From positions 32,001 through 96,000 of the IMG/VR virus record IMGVR_UViG_3300011113_000664: 64,000 bases of DNA. One strand, written 5' to 3'. This document shows positions 6,369-16,277 of this stretch, in pieces. The DNA comes from a virus. The position numbers and the translations under genes were made by a program. A model generated the notes under the pieces. It saw nothing but the letters and a program-made list of their open reading frames with translations. It was not told the origin of the DNA and did no database searches. Position 1 is the first letter of the stretch; each line of letters begins with the position of its first letter.

Positions 6369-6452
6369 ATGTCAGGGAGACCCCCCTGACATACCCCCCC
6401 TCTGTATCCCCCTATAACACAGCCCACCCACCGGGGGTATAGCTGTGGGGCC
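6369..6452. other. G/C-tract element with hairpins at the transcription convergence point
   Basis: ATGTCAGGG/CCCTGACAT inverted repeat; C6, C7, C5 runs, then G5 and G4 runs, in an otherwise AT-rich genome. Confidence 0.6.
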
Positions 6453-6654
6453 TACATGCATGAATCTGCTACAAAAATTAGTTTCCAATCCCAATAAAAT
6501 TTTGTAAAAAAATTTCATTTTCAATGATAGATAAGACAATAAGATTTGCGACACAATTATTTTTATGTAAAATAAAATGTTTACAAAGTGTAAAATAAAA
6601 AAAACTCTGTGGGGTTTTTTATTTAAAAAGAGTAGGGTGGGTATAGAAAAATTT

Positions 6655-6915
6655 TTATAAATTTTTTGATTTAGAATCTTGGTAAGATTGTTTTATTTTT
6701 TCTTTATTTTGTTGGTAGTATGATTTAAGATAATCTTTTCTATTATCATTGACATTTTTATAATAGTTTTTATCAAAGGAGTATTTATCTTTATTATTTT
6801 CTCTAATGATTTTTTGGCAATGTTTACAATAGATTGATAGGTTATCTTTTTTAGATTTATCAATAGTGAAATTAGATTCAATTTTTGATAAGAGGCATTT
6901 ATTACAGATTTTCAT
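6655..6915 (-). CDS. Zinc-finger protein resembling the N-terminus of phage HNH/EndoVII-type endonucleases (no nuclease domain)
   Basis: KICNKC...SIYCKHCQ followed by YYQQNKEKI helix. Confidence 0.55.
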   Translation of the reverse strand: MKICNKCLLSKIESNFTIDKSKKDNLSIYCKHCQKIIRENNKDKYSFDKNYYKNVNDNRKDYLKSYYQQNKEKIKQSYQDSKSKNL

Positions 6916-6929
6916 ATAATATAAAATTG

Positions 6930-7505
6930 TTATAGATATCTACCATACCAAACAGGGAGATTATCTTTATTGTTTATAGTTCTGGGTTTAGAACCTGTAA
7001 TTGTATATTCTATATTTTTAACTTCTGAATAATTTCTCCAACGAATTATTCCAAGAAACCCTTCTAAATCACTATCCCTAGTAGAAGAGAATAGTTCTTC
7101 GCATTTAAATTGAGTTAATGCATCCAATGATTCTTTTCTTTTTAGTTTTGGTAATAAATCCAATCCTTCTAATACAGGTGAACCATTAAGAGGTAGATGA
7201 GCAAGGATGCGTTTTAAATTAAAATTTGGGTTAAGTTTTCTACCAATATATTTTTCATGTTTATCACAATGTTCATCACCTGAACATACCAAGTTTTCTT
7301 CTAAATGTATATCAGATATATTACCATGTGAAATATATTTACCATCTTTTGTTTTTCTTATTCTTTTTGTACATTTTAACACTAGGTGATTATCTTTAAG
7401 ATACCAATCATTTTCTCCTATATCTCCTACACCTTGTGCTAATACGATTAGATAGTTAGGGAGTTTAACTAAGTTATATTTTGCATATTTTCTAGTATAT
7501 ATCAT
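6930..7505 (-). CDS. Hypothetical protein
   Basis: Start revised to MIYTRKY to remove overlap with upstream gene. Confidence 0.7.
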   Translation of the reverse strand: MIYTRKYAKYNLVKLPNYLIVLAQGVGDIGENDWYLKDNHLVLKCTKRIRKTKDGKYISHGNISDIHLEENLVCSGDEHCDKHEKYIGRKLNPNFNLKRILAHLPLNGSPVLEGLDLLPKLKRKESLDALTQFKCEELFSSTRDSDLEGFLGIIRWRNYSEVKNIEYTITGSKPRTINNKDNLPVWYGRYL

Positions 7506-7515
7506 AGTATATATT

Positions 7516-7758
7516 TTATTTAAGGGGTTTAAAAGTATCGGTAATAATGAAGTAAGATTTTTTAGAATCGGCAATACCAATAATATTATAATTATTATTC
7601 GATAGATAATCAATAGCGATATCTATTATTGAATTAAATTTATAATCAAAGGGGATTGTAATGGAGTGATTAAATCTTTCAGAGAAGAGTTTAATTTTAG
7701 TACCATCAAAATCGGTTGGTCCGATATATTTTATTTTAATAATATGTAGATTTTGCAT
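7516..7758 (-). CDS. Hypothetical protein
   Basis: IKYIGPTDFDGTKIK; tightly packed operon. Confidence 0.7.
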   Translation of the reverse strand: MQNLHIIKIKYIGPTDFDGTKIKLFSERFNHSITIPFDYKFNSIIDIAIDYLSNNNYNIIGIADSKKSYFIITDTFKPLK

Positions 7759-7764
7759 ATTGTT

Positions 7765-7977
7765 TTAAAATTCAATAACAATTTCGGTTAAGTCTTTAAC
7801 TTTATCAATATCATTAAGTGTCATACAGATTTGAGCATCTAATAATGATGCATCTTTGTATTTTTCAAAATCAACATTTATGTAAGCGCAATTATCGAAT
7901 CTATTTTCAATAGTATTATAGAGATGTAATTCTGCTTTTTTGTTAGCAAAGCCAATGCATTTAAATACTTTTTTCAT
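7765..7977 (-). CDS. Hypothetical protein
   Basis: Operon packing. Confidence 0.65.
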   Translation of the reverse strand: MKKVFKCIGFANKKAELHLYNTIENRFDNCAYINVDFEKYKDASLLDAQICMTLNDIDKVKDLTEIVIEF

Positions 7978-7987
7978 AGAATATATT

Positions 7988-8329
7988 TTAGTTTAAATAA
8001 TCAGCGATTAAATCAGCGATATCAGATAGGTTACCTTCATCAATATGTGCCATTTCAAAGATATGTGTTTTACCGAAGTAATTTCCTTTACCTGTACCAT
8101 TAAATGCTATACCATCTTCATTTTTTGTTACGGAAACAATATAGAATTCAGTAAATAAATTTTTATCCACATAATATGATGCAGTTGGTAGAAAGGCATT
8201 AATTAATGTGGTTTTATCTTTCATATCTAAATCTGAGATAAAGGTAATTGTTTGTCCAACATTCATTGAATCAAAAATGAAATTGTAGGCATTTTTATAA
8301 ACCTGGTTTGTTTGTTCTGAAAAATTCAT
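7988..8329 (-). CDS. Hypothetical protein
   Basis: Preceded by TATATTTG at 8352-8359. Confidence 0.7.
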   Translation of the reverse strand: MNFSEQTNQVYKNAYNFIFDSMNVGQTITFISDLDMKDKTTLINAFLPTASYYVDKNLFTEFYIVSVTKNEDGIAFNGTGKGNYFGKTHIFEMAHIDEGNLSDIADLIADYLN

Positions 8330-8525
8330 AAATTTTTATTTTTTCTTTCTACAAATATAGAATTTTTTTTTCAAAATTCAAGGGGAAAATTTTGGAATAT
8401 CCAAAAATGACTATAGATGATAAAGGATGATAAAGGATGATAGAAAAAAAAATTATTTTTCTTTTTTGGAGAGCATTGTTAATGGGAGAAAAACAATGAA
8501 TAGAATTAAGATAAAGGTTTCCATA

Positions 8526-10943
8526 CTACTTTTTTAATTTAACGCAGTTAGGGTATTGTTTACCGAACATTGTTTTCATACCTTTTTGTGTATAACCTTT
8601 CCAACATTTTTCATTTAGAATATCTTTATCTTTCCAATATTTTCTCCAATACATTTTAATAACTGGTATATGAGTAAATCCAAGTTCAAGTGAAGCCAAA
8701 AGTCTATGTCTTCCGCTTATTAATGAATATTCATTATAATAATCAGATTTACCTTGTCTCCAAACAACAACAGGTAATATTGGTTTATTTGCTAACATTG
8801 ATTTTTTAAATCCATCAACAATTTTTCTACCTCGTATTCCTTGTTTATCTATCATTTTTTTAATACCATCAATAAGATTTTTATTGGCTATATCAGAAAT
8901 TAACATTATCTCTGGGTTTTTATAATCACCAAATAAATCTTCATTTTCATCATCAGGTCCTAAAAATTGTTGTTTTTCCCCTTGTGCATCATACAATTCA
9001 TCTTCTAAGTTTTCAGGAGAAACATCTGGCTTATAATGGTTTAAATTTTCATTTAATGTTTTTGGATTACATTCATGGCAAGTATAAGGGTCATCACCAC
9101 CATCTTTTAAATACCATTGATGACCACATTTTTTACATGTGATTATTGTATTATCTAATTCTTCTTTTAATTTTTTTGGTTTATAAATTATATCTAATAA
9201 ACTTTTTTCAATTGAGTTAAGAGAATCAGGGGTATAATTATCTGCTTTAAATTTAATTGATTTGGCTATATCATTTAAAAGGTTTAATTTTTTATATACA
9301 TTTAAATCATCCAATGACAATTGATTTTTTTTAAAGAATGGTAATAAGTTTTTATAATGTTTTTCTATTATGTTTTTATAACCATTATCAATTGCATATA
9401 TAACTTCAGGATAAGACATATTAAAGTTTCCACCATTTCTAATTGCAGCTAGTTTATTTTGGATAATTGGTTTAAGATTTTCACCTTTTTTGGAAAGCAT
9501 TGAAAACTCTGTGTCACTTAGATTTTTATTTTCTTTAGATTTTTTAAGTTGCGATAATTTAAGTATATCTACATTATTATTTTTTAAGAAATAGAATAAA
9601 TCAAACTTTGTTTGGTTATTAAGTTTAATATCTGATAAATATATTTTTTTAATTACTTTTATAAAGTTTTCTTTTGATATAGATTTGGAATTCAAATTAT
9701 CAAAATTATTTAATAAGTAAGAAATCATATTAATTTTTTTATAGTTTTTTATAACTTTATATGTCTTTTCATCATATGCATTTACAAAAAATTGTTCAAA
9801 TTTTTCTATAAATAAATCCAAATGATTTTTAAAATTAACTTCTTTACTAGACAATAAGTATAAAATATCATTACATATATTATTTAATACACTTTTATAA
9901 TTTTTTTGTTGTTGTTCATATGGTTCTCCTTTTATATCATAACGAATACGAATTATTTGTTCATCATAATCAAGAGGTAATTTTTTATCTATGTTTGATA
10001 AATTTTTATGTATCATTTCTCTTGAGTTTATTAAAAAGACTTTATCTTTGATACCTAATTTTTCTAAATATTCAATTGGGTTATTAAAGACTGCATCATA
10101 TCTGTCATGGGATGCCGTTACTTCATTTTTATCATTTAAAGTAAATGCAATCATATTTAAATTTGATGGTATATTTCCATTAAAATTAAAAAAGAAATAT
10201 TGATTATTTTCACCATTTTTTGTATAATTATTAAAAGTTTCCGCATCCCCTACAATACACCATGACTTACTTCCTAATTCATAAGATGCGCTATAATCAA
10301 TTATTCTTGCTAAAATCATATTTTTGTTAGCATAAAGTAATTTAATTGCGTACTTATTCATTTTATTGATAGTATTTAATACATTATCAAAATAGAAACC
10401 TATTTTATGATTTTCAATAAAATATTTTAAATCATAATAAAAACTATCTATATCATTATATTTGTCTGTTTTTCTTAAAAATTCTTTTTGGTCAGTACTT
10501 TGAATATTATTTAGAAAATAATCAATATTATCCATAGTACTATTGTTTGGTAAATTATTTAATAATTCTTTGATAAGTGATTTATTAGTTAACTTGTTTG
10601 TTAATTTTTTTACTAAACGATAATTAGACATATTATCAATATCATCTTTTAATTCATTAAGACTATTATATGATGATATTTGTTTTGGTAATGATTTAAT
10701 TAAATCTTTATTATTAAGAATAAATTCTGCTGTTGATTTAAAATCATTAACTGAACGTGATAATCTTACGATTTCCCCTAAGAAACCAATTGAATTATTT
10801 TTCAATAAATAATTTTTAATATCTAAATAATTAGGATTATCTAAAGGTATATTTTTAGAATTAAGTATTTTTTCAGCTAGTTTTACATCTTCACTTAAAA
10901 TACTAAATTCTTCCTTTATAATTCTTTTAATTAGGTGTAACAT
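8526..10943 (-). CDS. Multi-module putative internal head protein (WC-motif domain, Zn finger, ParB/Srx-like domain, CWKGY module)
   Basis: N-terminal LIKRIIKEE; GSKSWCI; CKKC...CHEC; PVVV...LISGRHRLLA; C-terminal CWKGYTQKGMKTMFGKQYPNCV; start revised from 10970. Confidence 0.65.
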   Translation of the reverse strand: MLHLIKRIIKEEFSILSEDVKLAEKILNSKNIPLDNPNYLDIKNYLLKNNSIGFLGEIVRLSRSVNDFKSTAEFILNNKDLIKSLPKQISSYNSLNELKDDIDNMSNYRLVKKLTNKLTNKSLIKELLNNLPNNSTMDNIDYFLNNIQSTDQKEFLRKTDKYNDIDSFYYDLKYFIENHKIGFYFDNVLNTINKMNKYAIKLLYANKNMILARIIDYSASYELGSKSWCIVGDAETFNNYTKNGENNQYFFFNFNGNIPSNLNMIAFTLNDKNEVTASHDRYDAVFNNPIEYLEKLGIKDKVFLINSREMIHKNLSNIDKKLPLDYDEQIIRIRYDIKGEPYEQQQKNYKSVLNNICNDILYLLSSKEVNFKNHLDLFIEKFEQFFVNAYDEKTYKVIKNYKKINMISYLLNNFDNLNSKSISKENFIKVIKKIYLSDIKLNNQTKFDLFYFLKNNNVDILKLSQLKKSKENKNLSDTEFSMLSKKGENLKPIIQNKLAAIRNGGNFNMSYPEVIYAIDNGYKNIIEKHYKNLLPFFKKNQLSLDDLNVYKKLNLLNDIAKSIKFKADNYTPDSLNSIEKSLLDIIYKPKKLKEELDNTIITCKKCGHQWYLKDGGDDPYTCHECNPKTLNENLNHYKPDVSPENLEDELYDAQGEKQQFLGPDDENEDLFGDYKNPEIMLISDIANKNLIDGIKKMIDKQGIRGRKIVDGFKKSMLANKPILPVVVWRQGKSDYYNEYSLISGRHRLLASLELGFTHIPVIKMYWRKYWKDKDILNEKCWKGYTQKGMKTMFGKQYPNCVKLKK

Positions 10944-10979
10944 TGATATTTTTCTATATATAGAACTCAATGTTTAAAA

Positions 10980-11453
10980 TTACAATTTCATTTTTTTCCA
11001 ATTACCTTTTTGATTTTTGTAAAAGAGTTGGCATTGTGCTTTAGGTATATCGATAAAATCTTCTAGGTAGGTATTAACGCATTTAACATTAACAATGTTA
11101 TCAATGTGTTTATTAATTACTGAGTAGGGTATAAGGAAGAATTCTGTCATTTGGGTATTCCAAACGATATAATAATCTGCTTTTGTATTTTTCTTTCTTA
11201 TGGGGATATGGATTGTATTATAGGATGATTTAATTTTATCAAAATTAATTCTTGTTTCATTTTCAAAGGCTAGTATTTTGTCTGATTTATTATCTTTAAA
11301 TAATAAATCATATTTTTTATAATGTTCCTCATTTATATCACCCATAAGGGAATATCCTTTTTTTTCCATTATGTTTTTCAATTCTAATTTATTAGAATGG
11401 TCATAGGTATCATAAGCTTGTTTATTAAATTTTCTTTTAGGTGAAGAATTCAT
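10980..11453 (-). CDS. Hypothetical protein, possible PD-(D/E)XK fold
   Basis: YDLL...AFENETR spacing. Confidence 0.5.
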   Translation of the reverse strand: MNSSPKRKFNKQAYDTYDHSNKLELKNIMEKKGYSLMGDINEEHYKKYDLLFKDNKSDKILAFENETRINFDKIKSSYNTIHIPIRKKNTKADYYIVWNTQMTEFFLIPYSVINKHIDNIVNVKCVNTYLEDFIDIPKAQCQLFYKNQKGNWKKMKL

Positions 11454-11833
11454 TTCTTATGATTATTTGTGATATATTCATGCAATGATTCTAAATCTTG
11501 GCATATAAGATTTTTGTTTTCATCCCATGCCTCTAGCTTTCTTTTTCCGTAATCTGTTTCAAAGATAAACCAATTAATCCAATCAACACCTTGCTCTGTA
11601 TAATGGGATGAGAATGTTATATCAATAATTTTATCAACATCAGATATTAGTTGATATTTACCTTCATAAAAATCAAACCCCATATCATGCAATTCAGCTA
11701 TTTTATCTGAGAATGATTTAAACTTTTCTAGTAGGCTTTGAAACTCGTTTAGTTGCATTTTTTCTTTCGTATCTTTTTTTAGCTTGTTTTTTAAAATTTG
11801 TTTTTGAATTGAATCTTTTATCATACATTTCAA
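11450..11833 (-). CDS. Hypothetical protein (start probably 11758)
   Basis: GVDWINWFIFETDYG motif; ATGA overlap with next gene. Confidence 0.65.
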   Translation of the reverse strand: MKCMIKDSIQKQILKNKLKKDTKEKMQLNEFQSLLEKFKSFSDKIAELHDMGFDFYEGKYQLISDVDKIIDITFSSHYTEQGVDWINWFIFETDYGKRKLEAWDENKNLICQDLESLHEYITNNHKK

Positions 11834-11918
11834 TAACGAATTTAATAATTAAAATTCCTGAAATTAATAAGATAATTGATATTACTATTAGAAAAAAAAG
11901 AAATAGGTATGTATTCAT
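11718..11918 (-). CDS. Small membrane protein
   Basis: N-terminal TM segment and basic tail. Confidence 0.45.
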   Translation of the reverse strand: MNTYLFLFFLIVISIILLISGILIIKFVIEMYDKRFNSKTNFKKQAKKRYERKNATKRVSKPTRKV

Positions 11919-11999
11919 TTTTTATTTTTAATTAAATCGTAAAATAAAAGATATGATATAATAGATAATACGAATATAGTTAATAGTATTAAATATGAT

Positions 12000-12818
12000 T
12001 TAATCAATAGAGCCATTTAGTTTTAATGCTCTAGCCATTCTTGTCATTCCTATACCACCACCAAATCTTTCAAAGAAATCATGAGAGAAGAAATCTTCCA
12101 ATTCTTTTTCTACTCTATCTTTACCGAAGAGTTCAAATAATTTTTGTGAGTATGCTCCACCTTCAATAGTATAGAACATTTCTCTCATTTTTTCAACATC
12201 ACAGCTTCTTTCGGCAGAGCCAATGGTTTCTTGACCATAAAGGATAACATCAACTTTATTAAAGATACCATTATCGTTATGTTGCATATTCCAAAATGGG
12301 TTTGTTCTTAAAGGAAAGTTTTGTAAAGATACAACAGGACCTTTTTCTTCCCACATTCTTGTTTCATGTTCGTTTTCAAGAATTTCAACTCCACCATATT
12401 CTTGACAAACATCATCATAGTTTACTTCGATTGGTTTATCAAATCCAAGATGCTCTAGTAGTTCAGCTTCAAGTTGAAGCATATCTTTCATTGTGCCTTT
12501 GCTTTCAAATTCAAACATAGGGAAGATAAGTTCATGTCTACCTTGAATTGGATTTTTTTCTTGCCTATATGAAGTTGATACGCAAAAACATCCTTCCCAA
12601 GATGGATTAGTTAATAATCTTTCTTCCAAAATCATTTGTCCTGTTTGCGGAAGAGGCCAAATTTGATTTACATATTCAAATTGGGTTATTGAGTGAGGGT
12701 TTTCACATGCTGCTAATATTGATAGGCAAGATTGTGTTGGTACTTCAATGAAGTTTTTCTTTTGAAAAAATGTTCTTAGTTTGTTTACCGATTGATGGTA
12801 TTGATATGCGTCTTTCAT
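12000..12818 (-). CDS. Class II aaRS (Asp/Asn) catalytic-domain-only paralog, asparagine-synthetase-like
   Basis: Motif 1 FIEVPT, motif 2 SYRQE...RHELIFPMFEFE, motif 3 GGGIGMTR; no anticodon-binding OB fold. Confidence 0.8.
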   Translation of the reverse strand: MKDAYQYHQSVNKLRTFFQKKNFIEVPTQSCLSILAACENPHSITQFEYVNQIWPLPQTGQMILEERLLTNPSWEGCFCVSTSYRQEKNPIQGRHELIFPMFEFESKGTMKDMLQLEAELLEHLGFDKPIEVNYDDVCQEYGGVEILENEHETRMWEEKGPVVSLQNFPLRTNPFWNMQHNDNGIFNKVDVILYGQETIGSAERSCDVEKMREMFYTIEGGAYSQKLFELFGKDRVEKELEDFFSHDFFERFGGGIGMTRMARALKLNGSID

Positions 12819-12824
12819 ATTTTT

Positions 12825-13640
12825 TTAATTAAGTTTTTTAATAGAGATTAATTGGAAATTTTTTGATTTTCCTTTATTTATTATTGATTCGTAACTGACA
12901 CGATTTGGTCCTGTCAGATTGTTTTCTTTGTTAAATATATCAGTAAAAATTTTTAATTCTGTTCTTCCATTAAAAAATAAAATTTCTTTATCTTTTTTTA
13001 TTTCATAAATTTTAGAATTAGAATTATTTATACCTTGTCTTTTATTAGACATTTTTAATTTACTTTCCTCTGTATGTTTTCTAGCACCATAAATTTTATT
13101 TCTATATTTAATTGATTCACTAATTTTTCTTTTAGTTTCTTCATCTCTAGAAATTCCTTTACCATAACCTTCATGACCAATCAAAGATTCACTTAATTTC
13201 TTTCTATAGTCTTCTGATTTCATAGTTTGTTTCCATTGTTCATTTTCTAATAATGATTTGGAAATTTTACTTTTTGTTTCTTCTTTGTGTTTATAACCTG
13301 ATTGACCTTCACCACCATCGCTATGGTTTAAAAGTGTACCACCATTTTCAACTCTACCGATTAATTTAATTATATCTTTTTCCTCTTGAAAAGATTGCTC
13401 TTCTAATAAATCTTTTTTTAATATTTGATATAATGGTTTATATCCTTGATTTATAATTGAATTTAATTTTTGGTAAAATCTATTATCAAGTTTTTTGTAT
13501 AAACTAAGATGCCTTTTTGGTCTATCTGATTTACCTTTACCAACATAAATGGGTTCATATTCAAATGTTAAATTATTAAATATATAATTACCTTTTTTTC
13601 TTGGGTCTAGGTAAATATATACACAATAATTAGATAACAT
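12825..13640 (-). mobile_element. Free-standing GIY-YIG homing endonuclease with NUMOD3-like repeats
   Basis: YCVYIY...PIYVGKG..R, LLNHSDGGEG, repeated HKEETKSKIS/DEETKRKIS/HTEESKLKMS. Confidence 0.8.
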
Positions 13641-13787
13641 TTAATTTTATATTATTTTGTTATATGTAAATAGAGATTTATTAAGGTTATCAAAAAATTT
13701 ACTATGGAAAAAATCAATAGTACATTATCTTTCTTTAAGGTTTTGTATTCACCCTTATAAATATTCCAATTATATTCAAACCAAAAA

Positions 13788-14369
13788 CTATTCTTCATCT
13801 TCTTCCTCTTCTTCGCTATGATATTCGTTCCAAATTTCCATTACTTTATCCATATCCACCTTATCGGTTAGATTGTTTTCTTCTAAGAATTCATCAAGGT
13901 CATCAAGATATTCTGCACTATATGCAAATTCATCATAGAAGTTACCTTGTTTGAATTGCCATTCCCAATAAGTGTATTCATCATCAAGAGTACATACACC
14001 ATCAGCACCATATTCTTGCTCACCTGCAAAGTTCATTCCTTGTTCATCATAGGTAATTCTTGAACTTACTTTATATACATGACTAATAATACCTGTAAGT
14101 TCAGTAACAGGAGTCCAAGCTGAATCTCCTTGAATGATTAGTTGATTATCATCAATAAAAGGTTCTTCAGGAGTAAACCATTTTGGGTGTTCATCTCTAA
14201 AGTCATAGTCCTCATAACTTTCAATGAAAATTGGTTCATTAGCAAAAAGGTCTTTATAGTTTTCATAGTTAAGACCTGTCTCTAGTAAAGACATAAATAC
14301 ATCCTTAATTTTATTAAGGGTTTCGATATCACCTTCAAGTGTGATAATGTTGTAACAGTTATTTGCCAT
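13788..14369 (-). CDS. DUF1281/YubB-like ferredoxin-fold protein
   Basis: MANNCYN start, DSAWTP motif, YDEQGMNFAG. Confidence 0.65.
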   Translation of the reverse strand: MANNCYNIITLEGDIETLNKIKDVFMSLLETGLNYENYKDLFANEPIFIESYEDYDFRDEHPKWFTPEEPFIDDNQLIIQGDSAWTPVTELTGIISHVYKVSSRITYDEQGMNFAGEQEYGADGVCTLDDEYTYWEWQFKQGNFYDEFAYSAEYLDDLDEFLEENNLTDKVDMDKVMEIWNEYHSEEEEEDEE

Positions 14370-14493
14370 TTTTAATTATAAATTTATTATGTTCTTCTAT
14401 TGTTAAGTATTGCGTATCTCCATTATCAACTTGGATTAAAACACCTATGATTTGTCCTTTTTCTTTAATTAAATTAATTATTTGACAATCCAT
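14359..14493 (-). CDS. Small hypothetical protein, 44 aa (absent from track)
   Basis: MDCQIINLIKEKGQIIGVLIQV...; fills the gap and overlaps both neighbours. Confidence 0.45.
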   Translation of the reverse strand: MDCQIINLIKEKGQIIGVLIQVDNGDTQYLTIEEHNKFIIKNGK

Positions 14494-14773
14494 AATCTAG
14501 CATTTCTAGAATTTTATTTTTTGATTGATTCCCTGTCAATCTTTTATATTCTTTTCCTTCTTTAAAGGAAATAATTGTTGGTACTGACCTAATACCATAT
14601 TCAATACATAATTCAGGTTCAGAATCAGCATCAACTTTATAAACATCAACTTCAGTAATTGTTTCAAGAGTTGGTGTTAACATTTTACATGGACCACACC
14701 ATGAAGTGCTAAAACTAACTATGCAATCTTGATTAATTAAATTTTTAAATTCTTCGGAATTAACAATTTTCAT
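14474..14773 (-). CDS. trxA: Thioredoxin
   Basis: WCGPC active site, YGIRSVPT; leaderless after TATATTTG. Confidence 0.95.
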   Translation of the reverse strand: MKIVNSEEFKNLINQDCIVSFSTSWCGPCKMLTPTLETITEVDVYKVDADSEPELCIEYGIRSVPTIISFKEGKEYKRLTGNQSKNKILEMLDYGLSNN

Positions 14774-14795
14774 ATCTCAAATATAATACGTTTTT

Positions 14796-15335
14796 TTATT
14801 CCCAATAAATATTTTCTCCTCTTTTATAATATTTTAGATTCTCTCTTGCTTTTTCATCAACAAAATGTTTATCACTATAGATAACATAATTGTTTGGTAA
14901 TAGAGCAAATTGACCTGAATCTAATTGTATAAGATTTAATGGTTTATGTTCTTGTGGATATCTTGAATAACCATCTGTCCAATCAATAACAATACCTGTG
15001 TGTCTACCTTTTGTTTTTATTGGTCTTAAAGTTTCAGCTTGAAGACCTTCAAGCATGGTTGAATAAAATGTTTCCATATTATCACCCATTGATGTCCAAG
15101 GCATTAAATCTTTTCTATCAATAGAAAAATCTTCAGTTGTAGATAATGCGTGAATAGGTAAACCACTCCAATTAGCACCTGACTCTAAAAGTACATGGCA
15201 CATTAATGTTTGATATTCCCTACAGTATATACCATGCCAAACACCTTTAGTATAACCTTTAGGCATATTTGAACCTAAAAATTCATTCTTTACATTTACA
15301 TAAAAATGAAAAGGTAGGTTTGCGTGTTTACCCAT
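14796..15335 (-). CDS. Conserved phage hypothetical protein
   Basis: LESGANWSGLPIHAL, GQFALLPNN. Confidence 0.75.
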   Translation of the reverse strand: MGKHANLPFHFYVNVKNEFLGSNMPKGYTKGVWHGIYCREYQTLMCHVLLESGANWSGLPIHALSTTEDFSIDRKDLMPWTSMGDNMETFYSTMLEGLQAETLRPIKTKGRHTGIVIDWTDGYSRYPQEHKPLNLIQLDSGQFALLPNNYVIYSDKHFVDEKARENLKYYKRGENIYWE

Positions 15336-15337
15336 AT

Positions 15338-15805
15338 TTAAAATGGCACATATTTAGTTCCAAGAACCCCTTTTTTTGCTCTTAGAATTTGACCTCTTTG
15401 TGTACCATCTACTTTATATGAAACATGAACCCAATCAGGATTTGTTTCATTACCGAACTCCCAAATGAGTTGGTCAAACTTTAAATTGTCTTTAATCCAA
15501 TTAAAGATTTCAGTATTAGTAACTTTAGAACCTGTATTATCCATATCAATATCCATAGCTTCTCCTGACGAATGTTGAGATGTTTTGGATGCTCCTGGAG
15601 TTACTTTATTTAAAGCAGCACTTCTATATCCTGATGAGATATAGATTGGTGAATTGAAATGTCTTCTGATAGGTTCAAATATTTTTTCAGCCAATACTTT
15701 CATATTTTCAATGTGTTGTTCTGTTGGTTGATTACTGACACCTTTTCTTTTTGCTGTTTCACTCCTTGTCATTTCATGGAGTGTTAAGTGTTTAGATAAA
15801 TTCAT
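15338..15805 (-). CDS. Peptidase M15A (endolysin-like)
   Basis: SGYRS..LN, SQH..GEAMD, WVHVS zinc ligands; late-type promoter upstream. Confidence 0.9.
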   Translation of the reverse strand: MNLSKHLTLHEMTRSETAKRKGVSNQPTEQHIENMKVLAEKIFEPIRRHFNSPIYISSGYRSAALNKVTPGASKTSQHSSGEAMDIDMDNTGSKVTNTEIFNWIKDNLKFDQLIWEFGNETNPDWVHVSYKVDGTQRGQILRAKKGVLGTKYVPF

Positions 15806-15834
15806 AACTTTTATATAAGTAGTTATGAATTATT

Positions 15835-16041
15835 TCATACTTTACCTTTGATTAATACTAATCTTTCATATAAACATTTTAAATAAGTTTCCATAGCGGA
15901 TAATTGTATTTGTAATAAACCTTGCTGATGGAAATCAAGTTGATTAAATGCTCCTGTAAATAAAAATATTTTAAGTTTTTCAACTTTTTCTTCTAATGAA
16001 ACTTTTTCATCAAGAAGTCTTGTATAAAAATTATTTTCCAT
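15835..16041 (-). CDS. Small coiled-coil phage protein
   Basis: RLLDEKVSLEEKVEKL...LQIQLSAMETY. Confidence 0.7.
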   Translation of the reverse strand: MENNFYTRLLDEKVSLEEKVEKLKIFLFTGAFNQLDFHQQGLLQIQLSAMETYLKCLYERLVLIKGKV

Positions 16042-16180
16042 ATAGTTTTCTTTTAATGTATTTTTTAATACCTAAACATTTAATCACATAGAGTTCAATA
16101 CGAAACCATCTCTTTAACTTAACCGACCAATGCTCTTTTTTCATTTGGTCAAGTATGCTTTGAAATGTTTCGTTTCTCAT
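16031..16180 (-). CDS. Small hypothetical protein
   Basis: Start revised to MRNETF because upstream ATG is inside a tRNA-like gene. Confidence 0.5.
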   Translation of the reverse strand: MRNETFQSILDQMKKEHWSVKLKRWFRIELYVIKCLGIKKYIKRKLYGK

Positions 16181-16183
16181 TTG

Positions 16184-16274
16184 TTGGTAGGATGGGATTT
16201 GAACCCATATCATTGTTGAGCCTCTTTTCTAAAGTTTTTTTGAGTCAACCGCTTCGCCATTCAGCCACCTACCA
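16184..16274 (-). ncRNA. tRNA-like RNA with 25-nt anticodon loop
   Basis: Acceptor TGGTAGG/CCTACCA, D arm GCT/AGC, stem GTTGA/TCAAC, T arm ATGGG-TTCAAAT-CCCAT. Confidence 0.7.
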
Positions 16275-16277
16275 ATT

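Noticed and set aside
6026-6554. Track ORFs around the G/C-tract element
   Set aside because: Cross a terminator and low-complexity tracts; no promoter or protein-like features
8417-8443. GATGATAAAG short tandem repeat
   Set aside because: Only about 2.5 units; consistent with replication slippage
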